From IMG/VR virus record IMGVR_UViG_3300043467_001216: DNA of 64,000 nucleotides; one strand, 5' to 3'. This stretch comes from a virus. Lineage: Duplodnaviria > Heunggongvirae > Uroviricota > Caudoviricetes. A model generated the notes under the pieces. The model was not told where the DNA came from and ran no database searches. It was given only the letters and a program-made list of their open reading frames with translations. A program made the translations under genes and the position numbers. Positions 1 through 11,252 of the stretch are shown piece by piece. The stretch's first letter is position 1. Every line of letters begins with the position of its first letter.

Positions 1-1
1 G

Positions 2-3000
2 TTTGCGGGTAAATCATTAACTGATGGGGGTGGTATTGATGGTGGTTTAGTTTGGGTTTCCCCAAAATACAAATCAAACGCAGGGTTCAAAGCGACACCG
101 GGTGGTGGTTCAGGTTCTAAAGACGAACAATTCAATGAGATATCAAGTAACTTTCAAAAAGCCGAATCATCAGCGATTGATTTCAAGGAGAATTCAATAT
201 TAGACAATACTCAAAGATTAATTGATTCTGCGGATAACGTGTCAGGTGTCAACAGATTAAAACACGTTGGTAATGCGATGAATCAAGTGAGTAAAGTCTT
301 TAATGATGGTTATAAAGAAATGACAAAAGGTTCAATGGTGTTGTCATATAAAGATAACACTGATGGTTCTCAACAAGGTATGGAGTATTGTCGCGTATTT
401 ACAAAAGACACTCCATATTACACTTACGCGGATTTACAAAAAACTGATGGTATAACAACATCGGGAAGACGTTTCACATATTCAGTATTAGATAATACAT
501 ATAATCTTAATATTGCACCATTAAAAGGTGTTGATTCAACAAACATCATACCTGATGATGCTAGTGGTAAGGGAGGTCACGTTAAAAAATATATGTTCTC
601 GATTGAGAACTTAGCTTGGAGAACATCAAGTAAACCTGGTTTAACTTATGATGATTTACCTGTTTGTGAAAGAGGGCCAAATGGGGGTAGAGTTATGTGG
701 TTCCCACCGTATAGTTTACAATTTAATGACACTAGTCAGGCGGATTGGGGACAAGCGGTTTTCTTAGGTAGACCTGAACCAATTTATACGTATAAAAGTA
801 CAAGTAGAACGGGTTCGTTAAGTTGGAAAATAATTGTAGACCACCCGTCTGTTATGAATACAGTTGTTGAAAAACAATTAAAAGGTGCGTCTAAAGAACG
901 AATTGAATCTATTATTGATTCATTTTTTGCTGGATGTGTTAAATACGATATCTATGAACTAGCTATTAAATTTAATACTTTAAGTGTTAGTGATTTGTAT
1001 ACCTATCAAGAAATTTTAAGTAATCCTCGATTAACAGATGTTGAAACAGTATCTCAAATAAATAAAGAAATACCAAAATTACCGTCTGATAACTCAGGAA
1101 CTGCGGGGGCTGATGTTAGTACTAATAATCAACAATCTCAAACTGAACCCGATAGTTCAATTAAAGATTTTGAAAATAATTATTTGGATTTTGCGTTTTA
1201 TTTTGAAAACGACATACCTGGTAAAAATCCGGATACGACAACATCTGAAGAATACGAGTCAATTTATAATACGTATGTTAGTTCGACAAATATTGAAAAA
1301 TATAAAAAAAATGCTGAGAGTGTATTTAAATCAGATGATGTAAACATTCACGTTGGTGGGTTTTTTGATAGTGTAGTTAAAGGTAACTTTAATAAAATTG
1401 CTGGTGGTGATAAAAACTTTATTACTGATGCTTATGATATTTTATCAAAAGGATTGGGTACTATAAGTATTACGATGGAAGGTTCTGCGTCAGCTAAGGC
1501 ATCACCTAGTTATAATAAAAAACTATCCGATAGACGTATTGATACAGTTAAAAAGTTTTTAAAAAGTAAAATTATTGGGACAAAAAGTTTAGGTGAATTT
1601 TTTGATAAGAACTTGATTACGATAGTTAATGAAACGGGTAAAGGTGAAGAAATTGTTATCCCTAAAACAAATGTTGAAACAGGTGCTAATGGTACTACAG
1701 GAACTACAACTGATTCGGGTACAGGAACTGATGTTAAGTGTACAGAGAATCAAGAACCAAGTAAGGCTGGTGTACCTAAGACTACTCAAAATAAAAATAT
1801 AGCTGAAATAAACTCGACAACGGCAATGGCTTGTCGTAGGGTTAAAATTAAATCAATAACGGTAAAACCTAACGAAACAACAACCACAACAACAACTGCA
1901 AGACCGGTTGATGTTACTTCAACGGCAGGTAATACTCAAACAATTCCGGTGAAAAAACCTGAACAACAAGTTAATATTGTTAAAAAAATAAAAGAAGGTA
2001 TATCTAAAAAAATATTAAGAAACTTATTAACTGAGTGTGATTACTTCCAAGTAATTAAAGAAAGTTCACCAATGATATATGATTCATTTAAAGAGAAGAT
2101 TAAATACTTTAACCCAACATTTCACTCGATGACACCTGAAGGGTTAAATGCTCGTTTAACATTCTTAAATCAATGTGTTAGACCTGGTGAAACAATACCT
2201 GTTATTAGTGATAATACTGTTAAAAGTTTGGATGCGGTTAATACATCATTTGGGGCTCCTCCTGTATTAGTACTTAGAATTGGTGACTTCTATAATACGA
2301 AGATTATTCCTGATAGTGTCGCGTTCACGTATGACCCATTAGTGTTAGATATGAATCCCGAAGGTATTGGACTTCAACCAATGATTGCTAATGTTACACT
2401 TAGTTTTAAGATAATTGGGGGTATGGGTTTAAAAGAACCTGTTGACCAATTACAAAACGCGTTATCGTTTAATTATTATGCTAATACTGAAATATATGAC
2501 GAAAGAGCTACTTGGACTGAAGATACCTCAGCGTTAGATAAAATGGTAGTTGATGCTATAGTTGCTAAACAACCACCTGTGAGTGTTAGTAATGATGCCG
2601 CACAACAACAAACAAATGATGCTGGACAAACTATTGGTGAAATCAAAACAACAACACCATTAACACCTAGTGGTGAGACAGGTGAAATGAGTTATATGAA
2701 AATTATGGATGTTTTATACGATAATAGTAAAACGTATTTTACAAACACTTATAATTCTATGGATGAGATTAGAGCTAAAACTAATTATGGTATGTTAAGT
2801 GTTGTGTGTAGTAAAAGAGATTTTATGAAAGGAACATTAAACTTAGGTGGGGTTGAATCAGGTAATGATGTGAAAATATTAGGTAAACCGGTTTATCAAG
2901 ATAATATTGATAAATTATTTAGTAAAGTTATTGATGATATTAATAATGGTAGTAATCCAATATTAGTTGGGTTGGTAGATAAAGGGTTTACTGTTGGTAG

Positions 3001-3796
3001 TAGTGATACAACATTAAATATAATTAAAACAAATTTAGTAAAATACGTTAAAAGTCTAAAAGGACCAATGTCGAGTGATATAGGGACTATCGTTAATAAT
3101 AAAATTGGATTACCACAACAAGATTTTGTTCAAACAATTAGAAAAGTGAGTTTTGTCAATTCAAAAACTGACGGTAAAATATTGGATAGTGGTGGTTTAA
3201 AAATCTACAACTTACTAAGTAGTCCTGGTTTTGATGAATTAGTTGCTGATTATACTATATTCAAAAAACAATTAAATGATTTCTATTCATTATTAACAAG
3301 TACGGATTATGATTATAAGATAATCCCTGATAAAGTTAAAGATGATTTCGCATACGTTAGTAAAGAAGATTTTAAAACAATTGAAAACAAACGATTCTAT
3401 ATCATAATGGGTCGAACATTTGAAGACAAAAATAAAGTAAAAGATTTTATTGACAAAATAATCACCCCAAATATTAAGGATGTGAAAAAACCTAAAAACT
3501 TATCTAGGGTATTTGAAAATATTGTTGATGATTTAGTTGATACATATAAAGATGAACTTAAAAATGAATTAAAAGCGTTTGAAAAGTTCAAGAAAAAAAG
3601 TACTTATGATAAATACATTAATGGTTTAGATGAGGTATTGTATAAAAAAGGTAAAGCAAGAATTGTAAAGTTTACAACTGAACCTAATCCAACTGAACAA
3701 GCAACTAAAGAAACAAATTTAACTTATTTGTATAAAGGTGACCCATCAAAAATAAATAATTTTGAAATTTTTGATGGTAAAATAAAATTTAATTGA
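2..3796 (+). CDS. Large tail tube-initiator/baseplate hub-type structural protein with internal OmpA-like peptidoglycan-binding domain (5'-truncated by window edge)
   Basis: The frame is open from nt 2 (FAGKSLTDGGG...), so the listed GTG start at 239 is internal. Two tube-initiator-like segments (WFPPY...GRPEPIYTY...RTGSLSWKI; PPVLVLRIGDFYNTKII...QPMIANVTLSF) and an OmpA-like motif (EGSASAKASPSYNKKLSDRRIDTV). Lies directly upstream of LysM and hub genes. Confidence 0.65.
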   Translation, partial: FAGKSLTDGGGIDGGLVWVSPKYKSNAGFKATPGGGSGSKDEQFNEISSNFQKAESSAIDFKENSILDNTQRLIDSADNVSGVNRLKHVGNAMNQVSKVFNDGYKEMTKGSMVLSYKDNTDGSQQGMEYCRVFTKDTPYYTYADLQKTDGITTSGRRFTYSVLDNTYNLNIAPLKGVDSTNIIPDDASGKGGHVKKYMFSIENLAWRTSSKPGLTYDDLPVCERGPNGGRVMWFPPYSLQFNDTSQADWGQAVFLGRPEPIYTYKSTSRTGSLSWKIIVDHPSVMNTVVEKQLKGASKERIESIIDSFFAGCVKYDIYELAIKFNTLSVSDLYTYQEILSNPRLTDVETVSQINKEIPKLPSDNSGTAGADVSTNNQQSQTEPDSSIKDFENNYLDFAFYFENDIPGKNPDTTTSEEYESIYNTYVSSTNIEKYKKNAESVFKSDDVNIHVGGFFDSVVKGNFNKIAGGDKNFITDAYDILSKGLGTISITMEGSASAKASPSYNKKLSDRRIDTVKKFLKSKIIGTKSLGEFFDKNLITIVNETGKGEEIVIPKTNVETGANGTTGTTTDSGTGTDVKCTENQEPSKAGVPKTTQNKNIAEINSTTAMACRRVKIKSITVKPNETTTTTTTARPVDVTSTAGNTQTIPVKKPEQQVNIVKKIKEGISKKILRNLLTECDYFQVIKESSPMIYDSFKEKIKYFNPTFHSMTPEGLNARLTFLNQCVRPGETIPVISDNTVKSLDAVNTSFGAPPVLVLRIGDFYNTKIIPDSVAFTYDPLVLDMNPEGIGLQPMIANVTLSFKIIGGMGLKEPVDQLQNALSFNYYANTEIYDERATWTEDTSALDKMVVDAIVAKQPPVSVSNDAAQQQTNDAGQTIGEIKTTTPLTPSGETGEMSYMKIMDVLYDNSKTYFTNTYNSMDEIRAKTNYGMLSVVCSKRDFMKGTLNLGGVESGNDVKILGKPVYQDNIDKLFSKVIDDINNGSNPILVGLVDKGFTVGSSDTTLNIIKTNLVKYVKSLKGPMSSDIGTIVNNKIGLPQQDFVQTIRKVSFVNSKTDGKILDSGGLKIYNLLSSPGFDELVADYTIFKKQLNDFYSLLTSTDYDYKIIPDKVKDDFAYVSKEDFKTIENKRFYIIMGRTFEDKNKVKDFIDKIITPNIKDVKKPKNLSRVFENIVDDLVDTYKDELKNELKAFEKFKKKSTYDKYINGLDEVLYKKGKARIVKFTTEPNPTEQATKETNLTYLYKGDPSKINNFEIFDGKIKFN

Positions 3797-3797
3797 A

Positions 3798-4121
3798 ATG
3801 GGTGGTAAGTACTATAACAGATATAATAATTTTGTGATTAATGGACAACAAACGGTTGTCCCTTATGTTAATTTACCAAGTAAGAGTTCTGATAAAAGAT
3901 ATATATATCGAGTAGGTCAGTCAAGATTAGATAAAATATCACAACAATATTATGGTACTCCTTATTTTGGTTGGTTGATTTTAATTGCTAACCCTAAATA
4001 TGGGGGACAAGAATGGTATATAAATGATGGTGCAATCTTGACAATTCCATTTCCTTTAATAGCTTCATTACAAGATTATAACAATCAATTAGAAAATCAT
4101 TTCTTTTATTATGGTAGGTAA
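3798..4121 (+). CDS. LysM-type baseplate wedge protein (T4 gp53/tail protein X-like)
   Basis: RLDKISQQYYGTPYFGWLILIANP...GAILTIP matches the LysM/gp53 pattern; located between two hub-type genes. Confidence 0.75.
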   Translation: MGGKYYNRYNNFVINGQQTVVPYVNLPSKSSDKRYIYRVGQSRLDKISQQYYGTPYFGWLILIANPKYGGQEWYINDGAILTIPFPLIASLQDYNNQLENHFFYYGR

Positions 4122-7100
4122 AACAGAAAATATATTAGTAGACTTCGACAGTAATAACATAGTAATTGTTGACCCGAATAGGGTTATTGATGATAATGGT
4201 GTTGTTAGAGATAGATATGTTAAACAAGAAGATTTAGTTATGTATGCTAATCTTACTTGTCAAGTATTCCCAAGAACTAAATTAGCATTAGGTGTTGCGA
4301 TTAATGACGCGATACAAACAATTTCGATAGCGTCAATCAACTTTTTAAGTCCTGGTGGTGAAACATATCTTAATAATAGATATGTGGATGAAATTACAGG
4401 TAAAGGTAGTTTACAGGGTCAGGCTTTAAATCAGCCTAATAAAACTAAGGTAACTAACCCTAAAAACCCTGATGATGTTTATTACAGACAAAATGTCCGT
4501 TCAAATGGTGAAGATAAAGCGACTGACAATGGTTTGTTAGGTATTACCAAAATTGACATTAGACAAGGGTTAGATTTTATGCCGACATTTAATATTAGTC
4601 TTGAAGACGTTAAAGGACGTGCATTGTTTGAAGCTGGTAATAGTTCACCATATGCCGCCTTTTTTAATATGCCATACCCAATGTTTGAATTAACATTAAA
4701 AGGGTTTTATGGTAAAGGTGTTAGGTATAAATTAATGCTTAGGTCATTCAATGCTAGATATGATTATTCAAGTGGTAATTTTATAGTTGATTTAATTTTC
4801 CATACTTATCAATATGGTGTCATTTCTGAGGTATCTATGGGTTATTTATTGGCGACACCATATATGTATCAATCTAAATTTTCGGTTAATCCTAAAACAG
4901 GGACTCAAAGTAATTTGGTTCAAGTTACTAATCAAAATGCTTATAAGGGTTATGAAAAAATAAAAGAAATGTATGCGGAATATAAGACTAAAGGACTTAT
5001 ACCTGAAAATTTCCCTGAAATAACAATTGCTCAATTACGTTATAGTCTTGAGAATTTTGTTAAAAATGTTTTGGATAACTTTACTAAACAAAATTTAACC
5101 CCCTTAAATGATATTACAGAATACGAAAATATTTTAATAAATTTACGTAAAGAAATTTATATAACACAATCAGTTTCGTGGTTTGAAAAATATATGGATA
5201 CTAAAAATTACTTAGTATTAAAAGAATCCAATTTTGGTAATGTAAAATCGTTATTTCCGGCATCGGCACAAAACGCTTTAAATCAGATACCTTTCGGTAG
5301 AGGTAAACAATACGACCCTAAAAAAATATATACATTTAAACCTGAAATTAAAACATTTGGTGAAAGGGAAAATGCCAAAACCGAATTAGATAAAATTGTA
5401 AAAACTGCGGTTAAAAAATTAAATGAAAATAGAACATTAGGTTCAAATGGGAAATACACCGTAAATAACAAAACAAAAGAATCTGCGATTAATATTAAAG
5501 ATACGGATTTTAAGTTTAACGCTGAATTTACTAGTGATGATGTTGATTTGGAACAAACTTATTTTGTTACAAAAAATACTAAGATAGAACCAACTAATGA
5601 AGAATTAGTAAAGTTTAAGGCTGATTTAATAAATAAAGGTATTTTAAAAAATGAATTAACGACAACGTACACTTTAAAGGATGGTGAACGTGTTCCTGTT
5701 AATGAATATTATTATTATGAAGGAAAACTTAGTTTTACTGATAAGTTAGATGATATTGAAAATCAACTTAAAAAGAAAAAAAGAGAAATTGAAGAAGACC
5801 TAACAAATGCGTTGTACGACCAATTAAAAAGTACTAATAATGGTATTGGGTTTATTCCAACAATTAGAAATGTGTTAGCGGTTATTTTTGCAAGTGGTGA
5901 GGGGTTTATTAGGTTATTAGATGAAGTTCATAAGAAATCTTGGGATGTTAGAGATGAAAAAGTCAGGAAAAATGCTATTTTTAATAGTTCAGTTGCCAAT
6001 GCCAATCCTGACGCGATAACATCAGGTGTTAATGAAAAAGTTCCTGTTTATCCTTGGCCAACATTTTTACAAGCAACTATGGGTGAAGATGGTCACGAAA
6101 AGTTCGAACCCAAATATCCTGGCGATAGTAAGATTATTCAATTAACTAAAGGTTATGATTATACAATGTGGCCTGAAGTTGAATTTGTTGAAGAGTTTAT
6201 TAAAGGATTTACCGATAGAGGTAAAAGTGATGGTGTTAATAAATCGGTATCTAATGAGATTTTGGATGTTAAAAGAATAAGTTTAAACCCGATTGAATTC
6301 CCAATATCAAATCAAGTCTTTCAAAGTAAAGAAGAGGTAAAATATTTTTATGAAATATTCGAAAGATTGTTGTTCATCTCAACAACATCTCGACTTAATA
6401 GGATTTCATCAACGTCTGAAGTGATTGATATTGTAGCAAGTATTGTGGCTCAAAGTGAGGTTATTAACATTAAAGAAAGTTTATCAAATGATAATCCATT
6501 TTTAATTAAGACATTAAGTGATTATGCGTTTTCATCTAACAATTTTGTGAATGTGTTACGACACGTTTCAAATCAAGGTGTTGGTGTTAATTGGCAGAAT
6601 TATATTAGAGGGATTTATAACACCCCATATATCAAAGAATTAAATAGTACTAATAAATTTTTATTTTTGGATGAATTAGTGATTCAAAATCCATTTGTTA
6701 GACCAACAGTTAGTTTAGATAATGAAGATGGGTTTATTGAGACTTTAACCGGAGATTCAAAAACTAACAATTTTGATTTGTTAGATGTTTATCCGTTTAT
6801 GGATATTTCTTGGATTAAAAATCAATTACCTGGTGGGAAAAATGTTAGTAAAGCTATTGAGGTGTATAATACGACAAAAACAGTATCGTTTGATAAACAA
6901 TTAAAAACATTAACTAATTTTAGTTTAAATAATAATATCATTCCAATTACTAACTTTGTTTATAAAGGTGATTTAACAATCCCAACACCTGAAGATTACT
7001 TAACTCAGTTAAAGATGTTCTATAATATGAGAACACCTGATAAACAATTAATAACTGAAGGTAATTTAAATTATGTTAATTATAGTGGTGGGGTATCAAA

Positions 7101-10100
7101 TAACCAAACAATATCAATGTTAAACACCCCTTATTTTGTTAATGCAATTCAAGAAGGTATTGTTAAATTTAGAAACTTTGATAAAACTCCATTTGTTAGT
7201 GCCGCTTATTTGTTTTTGAATAGTTTACCAATCTCAACATTACGTGAAAAATACAAAATATATGATTCAGGTATTAATACAGAATTAGATTATATATTTG
7301 CAACACTTAAAAAATTTGGGGCTACACATAAATTACCATACCCACTTATTGTTAAGTTAGGTTCGATATGGCATCGTTATAAAAGATTTGTAAATAATGG
7401 TGTAGATATCTTACAGGACGCTTGGAAAAACTTTGATTATTTAACCAATTATGACCCGGTAACAAGTAATGCAGCTAAAAACTATACACTTACTGTTGAT
7501 GGTGGTGTGATTGATATTATATTACAAAAAAACTCAACATTTGGGACTGACACGTCAACACTTATTAATACAGGTTTTTACCCTAAATTAATAAATGATA
7601 TGAATGTGTTTTATCAAGGGTTTGAAGTTTTTTCGGCTTATACAAATACTGGAATACAAAGTGGTATTGATGATTTTAAAGTATCGTTAAAATATGTTCC
7701 TGAAACATTAATTAGAGGTGATAAAGGTTTTGATAAGGCAAATCCGAAAAGGGATTTAAAAGTTATCCCTTGGAGTGTGTATGTTGAAACTACCGATAGT
7801 CAATTTGTATACCCGCTTCCATCAATGGGAAGTATTATGAATCAGGCGTACAATGAATGTTTTAGTGGTAAAACTATGAATATTGAGTTAATGAGTAACA
7901 CCTCATTATATAACGGTACTGTGAGAAATTTTTGGGCATTACCGACTTATGGTTATTTTGATAATAGTAAAGTTTTCAAAAATAACCCAAAAGAATATCT
8001 TAAAGAAATGAAAGTCGGAAAACCCGATACTTCAAATGAAAAAACGGTACAAGAAAATTTTGGTATTAAAGGAGATAGTTCCAAATACGCTGACATTAGT
8101 GAATTGTTTTCTGTTTTTGAAAAAGACATTTTGGATTTATTTGAAGAGAAATTTTTAAATTTTAGTAAATCAATGTATGACATTAATACCGAAGTTGATT
8201 ATGGTTTAAATTTTCAAAAATTAATGGTTGAGATGATGAAGATACCAAAACCTACAGGTACAACATCAAATGATATTGTTAATGATGTTCAAACAAAACA
8301 ATTAAATAATATTAATCAAAATTTAACTAAGTTTATTGAAACATCAATGTATGTTAAATATGGTAACCCTGGTAACTATGACAGAAAATTATTTTTAAGT
8401 TTTTCTAATTACCAAATAACTGACCCATATGAATGGACTAAATATCAATCAATAACGCCAAATGCTTTACCAACTAATAACGGTGGTGTTACATTATCAA
8501 CTTCAAAAACTAATTACCCAAATGAGTGGAAAGCGTTAGAAACTTATATTGGGTTTTCAGAGATTAATAAATTAAAATATTCAAACAACGGTTCTTATAT
8601 AACGGATTTCTTTGTTGATATGAATGTTGCGTTTACTGTGGACAATATTAAAACATATTCCCCGATTATAAAAATATATGCTACTCAGAAATTACAAGAT
8701 TATGTTGATAGTGCTATTATACCGTCAAATGAACCAAATGTTAATTCATACGCTATATTAACTGACGGTAATAAAATAGAATTATTACCTACGACTAATA
8801 ATAGATTAACGCCTGTATTGTATGACCCAAATAAACAACTACTATATGCTGGACCTTCAAGAGTTATGTTTTTGTATAGTGAGGAAGAATTATTTGAAGA
8901 TACAATTACTGATTATTATGGTCCATTTGGGTTACAAGACAACCCTATAGTGACAAAATATATAAGACCTAAAGGTTTAAAATTGGATGTACCATTTAAA
9001 TCAAATTTTAACATGCAAAATTTTAAAGGGTTGGTTGATGAGTATATAGATACTTTAAGTAATTTTCAAGATAAAGCAATGAATAATTTAATGTTACGTT
9101 TACAAACTGCTTTACCGTCAATTACTCAGACACCCGAACAAATAACTAATTCTAAGATAACTGATACTATTGGTAAATTAGAACATTGGGAGTGTTTTAA
9201 ATCGTTAAATGATAAATGGATTGCTGGTTATGAATTTAATAATAAAACATTGTTTGAAGATGTGTTATTATTAGACAGGGCATCAAGAAATATTGGTGAT
9301 AAAATTTTAGTTGATATCTATAAGTTAAAAACTCGACTTGATAATCTATTTTCGAGTGAACCTACTATTGATATGTTATCATTTGTTGAATCAATTTTAA
9401 TAGAAAACAATTTTGTTGTGATGAACTTACCGTCATACGTTAATTTTTATAACGTACAAGAAGTAGTTAAAAAACCAACACCAAAATTGGAGGGGACTTT
9501 AGAATTTGCTAATAATTTGTTTGGTACATTTTTAAATGTTGATGTTAGACAATCGTCAGCTAAAATGGTTTGTACTTATGCCGGTAAACCTAGTGAGTAC
9601 TTAGCAATTAAAAATGTTGATTTTAAATTTAGGGACGATGCTTTTGATATTACTAAAGCGTCTGACAATCCGTTATTGGAAGACCAAAAAAATAAAGAAG
9701 ATTGGGCAACATCAAATAGAGTTGTCGGGTTTAATGTTGATATCGGTCCTGAAAATCAATCAATATTTTTTAATTTTAGTGTTGGCCAAGAATCAGGAAC
9801 TGCAACTGCGGAATCTCTTGAAGTTGAAAATATGATGGCGAATATGAGTTCAGGTAAAAATTCTGCAACACAAAGTATTTCATTATATAATATCTACAAA
9901 AACAGAAGTTATACTTGTACTGTGTCTATGATGGGTAACGCATTAATACAACCTACAATGTATTTTAATTTAAGATACGTCCCAATGTTTTACGGTCCTT
10001 ATATGATAACCCAAGTAAATCACGTTATAAGTCCAGGTGTTTTTGAAACAACTATTGAAGGTATTAGACAACCAACAGCATCTGTGTTAAAGATTGATGA

Positions 10101-11211
10101 TTTCATCCAAACATTAAAAACAAGTTTATTAAAGTCAGTTATTGAAACTCAAAAAGAATCAAGTCCATCGACAAACCTTGAGAATAGTACAGGTACTAAT
10201 CAAAACATACAAACACAAACACAATCAACGTTATCTACTCAAAATAAAATTGAAGAATCGGATGCTTGTAAAGAAACATTGTATGAAGATTATAAAAAAT
10301 ACACACCTGTGGATAGTCCTACGGAAACATCAATAACTGTTAAAGATGTTCAAACTAAAGTGGTTTCAAGAATTCTTAATAAGAATATTACTGATGATAA
10401 TAAATTAAAGTATGTGATATTTGCGTCTTTATATTTGTCATCATATTATGGGTCATCATTTAAAGCGTATGAAAATAATTTCACTAATCTTACATTAATT
10501 AGTAAATGGTCTAGTACACCAAGTACGAAATTTTTCTGTAAAACAATGAATTCTGTTTCACAACCATTTATGGTTTTTAAAAGTATTGATGAAAATATTG
10601 ATTTTTTAATTGAAAGATATAAGGGTAGAATGGTGACGGTTAAAGACAATTCAAAGGAAGAAATTACTAAATTTATTATATTGAATGACTCTAATGACAA
10701 ACCTGAAACGGTATATAGTCAGATGGATAAAACACAATTATTAAATATTCAAACTAAAGTTGAAGAGTCAATTAAATTGTTTAATCCGACATCAGGTAAT
10801 GTTAGTTCACCACCACCAAAACTAAATCCGTTAGTTGATGTGTATAAGTATGCTCAAACAACACCACCATTATTTGAAAGTTTAACGATTACAGTCGACC
10901 CAAAAATTGATGGTCCAAGAGAAATTTTTAGTATTAACTTTGATTATGAAACTGACGCTAATTGTGCCGCGGGAAGAGGAACGGGACAACAGTTTAATAC
11001 TAACTTAATCTCAAATAATAAACAACAGGTTATAATTGAGCTTCAAGACTTATTAGATGATTTGGATTGTTCTAACGTACCGTCAAAGGATTCAAAAGGA
11101 ACTTATAAATTCAAAGTGTCGATTTATACAACCCCTCTTAAACCTGATGGGACAAAAGATAATGCAAGAGCTGATTTTTATAAAAGTTACCCAATAACTT
11201 TTACCTTATAA
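4111..11211 (+). CDS. Giant baseplate hub protein (gp27/late-control-D-like), 2366 aa
   Basis: N-terminal LLGITKIDI...FNISLEDVKGRALF...ELTLKGFYG and late YTCTVSMMGNALIQP...YMITQVNHVISPGVFETTIEGIR resemble contractile-tail hub proteins; follows the LysM gene. Confidence 0.6.
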   Translation: MVGKTENILVDFDSNNIVIVDPNRVIDDNGVVRDRYVKQEDLVMYANLTCQVFPRTKLALGVAINDAIQTISIASINFLSPGGETYLNNRYVDEITGKGSLQGQALNQPNKTKVTNPKNPDDVYYRQNVRSNGEDKATDNGLLGITKIDIRQGLDFMPTFNISLEDVKGRALFEAGNSSPYAAFFNMPYPMFELTLKGFYGKGVRYKLMLRSFNARYDYSSGNFIVDLIFHTYQYGVISEVSMGYLLATPYMYQSKFSVNPKTGTQSNLVQVTNQNAYKGYEKIKEMYAEYKTKGLIPENFPEITIAQLRYSLENFVKNVLDNFTKQNLTPLNDITEYENILINLRKEIYITQSVSWFEKYMDTKNYLVLKESNFGNVKSLFPASAQNALNQIPFGRGKQYDPKKIYTFKPEIKTFGERENAKTELDKIVKTAVKKLNENRTLGSNGKYTVNNKTKESAINIKDTDFKFNAEFTSDDVDLEQTYFVTKNTKIEPTNEELVKFKADLINKGILKNELTTTYTLKDGERVPVNEYYYYEGKLSFTDKLDDIENQLKKKKREIEEDLTNALYDQLKSTNNGIGFIPTIRNVLAVIFASGEGFIRLLDEVHKKSWDVRDEKVRKNAIFNSSVANANPDAITSGVNEKVPVYPWPTFLQATMGEDGHEKFEPKYPGDSKIIQLTKGYDYTMWPEVEFVEEFIKGFTDRGKSDGVNKSVSNEILDVKRISLNPIEFPISNQVFQSKEEVKYFYEIFERLLFISTTSRLNRISSTSEVIDIVASIVAQSEVINIKESLSNDNPFLIKTLSDYAFSSNNFVNVLRHVSNQGVGVNWQNYIRGIYNTPYIKELNSTNKFLFLDELVIQNPFVRPTVSLDNEDGFIETLTGDSKTNNFDLLDVYPFMDISWIKNQLPGGKNVSKAIEVYNTTKTVSFDKQLKTLTNFSLNNNIIPITNFVYKGDLTIPTPEDYLTQLKMFYNMRTPDKQLITEGNLNYVNYSGGVSNNQTISMLNTPYFVNAIQEGIVKFRNFDKTPFVSAAYLFLNSLPISTLREKYKIYDSGINTELDYIFATLKKFGATHKLPYPLIVKLGSIWHRYKRFVNNGVDILQDAWKNFDYLTNYDPVTSNAAKNYTLTVDGGVIDIILQKNSTFGTDTSTLINTGFYPKLINDMNVFYQGFEVFSAYTNTGIQSGIDDFKVSLKYVPETLIRGDKGFDKANPKRDLKVIPWSVYVETTDSQFVYPLPSMGSIMNQAYNECFSGKTMNIELMSNTSLYNGTVRNFWALPTYGYFDNSKVFKNNPKEYLKEMKVGKPDTSNEKTVQENFGIKGDSSKYADISELFSVFEKDILDLFEEKFLNFSKSMYDINTEVDYGLNFQKLMVEMMKIPKPTGTTSNDIVNDVQTKQLNNINQNLTKFIETSMYVKYGNPGNYDRKLFLSFSNYQITDPYEWTKYQSITPNALPTNNGGVTLSTSKTNYPNEWKALETYIGFSEINKLKYSNNGSYITDFFVDMNVAFTVDNIKTYSPIIKIYATQKLQDYVDSAIIPSNEPNVNSYAILTDGNKIELLPTTNNRLTPVLYDPNKQLLYAGPSRVMFLYSEEELFEDTITDYYGPFGLQDNPIVTKYIRPKGLKLDVPFKSNFNMQNFKGLVDEYIDTLSNFQDKAMNNLMLRLQTALPSITQTPEQITNSKITDTIGKLEHWECFKSLNDKWIAGYEFNNKTLFEDVLLLDRASRNIGDKILVDIYKLKTRLDNLFSSEPTIDMLSFVESILIENNFVVMNLPSYVNFYNVQEVVKKPTPKLEGTLEFANNLFGTFLNVDVRQSSAKMVCTYAGKPSEYLAIKNVDFKFRDDAFDITKASDNPLLEDQKNKEDWATSNRVVGFNVDIGPENQSIFFNFSVGQESGTATAESLEVENMMANMSSGKNSATQSISLYNIYKNRSYTCTVSMMGNALIQPTMYFNLRYVPMFYGPYMITQVNHVISPGVFETTIEGIRQPTASVLKIDDFIQTLKTSLLKSVIETQKESSPSTNLENSTGTNQNIQTQTQSTLSTQNKIEESDACKETLYEDYKKYTPVDSPTETSITVKDVQTKVVSRILNKNITDDNKLKYVIFASLYLSSYYGSSFKAYENNFTNLTLISKWSSTPSTKFFCKTMNSVSQPFMVFKSIDENIDFLIERYKGRMVTVKDNSKEEITKFIILNDSNDKPETVYSQMDKTQLLNIQTKVEESIKLFNPTSGNVSSPPPKLNPLVDVYKYAQTTPPLFESLTITVDPKIDGPREIFSINFDYETDANCAAGRGTGQQFNTNLISNNKQQVIIELQDLLDDLDCSNVPSKDSKGTYKFKVSIYTTPLKPDGTKDNARADFYKSYPITFTL

Positions 11212-11229
11212 TTTTTTCACAGTAAAAGA

Positions 11230-11236
11230 TATTTAT
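11230..11236 (+). promoter_or_regulatory. TATTTAT putative phage promoter
   Basis: 16 nt upstream of ATG 11253; same motif at other operon starts. Confidence 0.55.
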
Positions 11237-11252
11237 TAATAAACTAAAAGTT

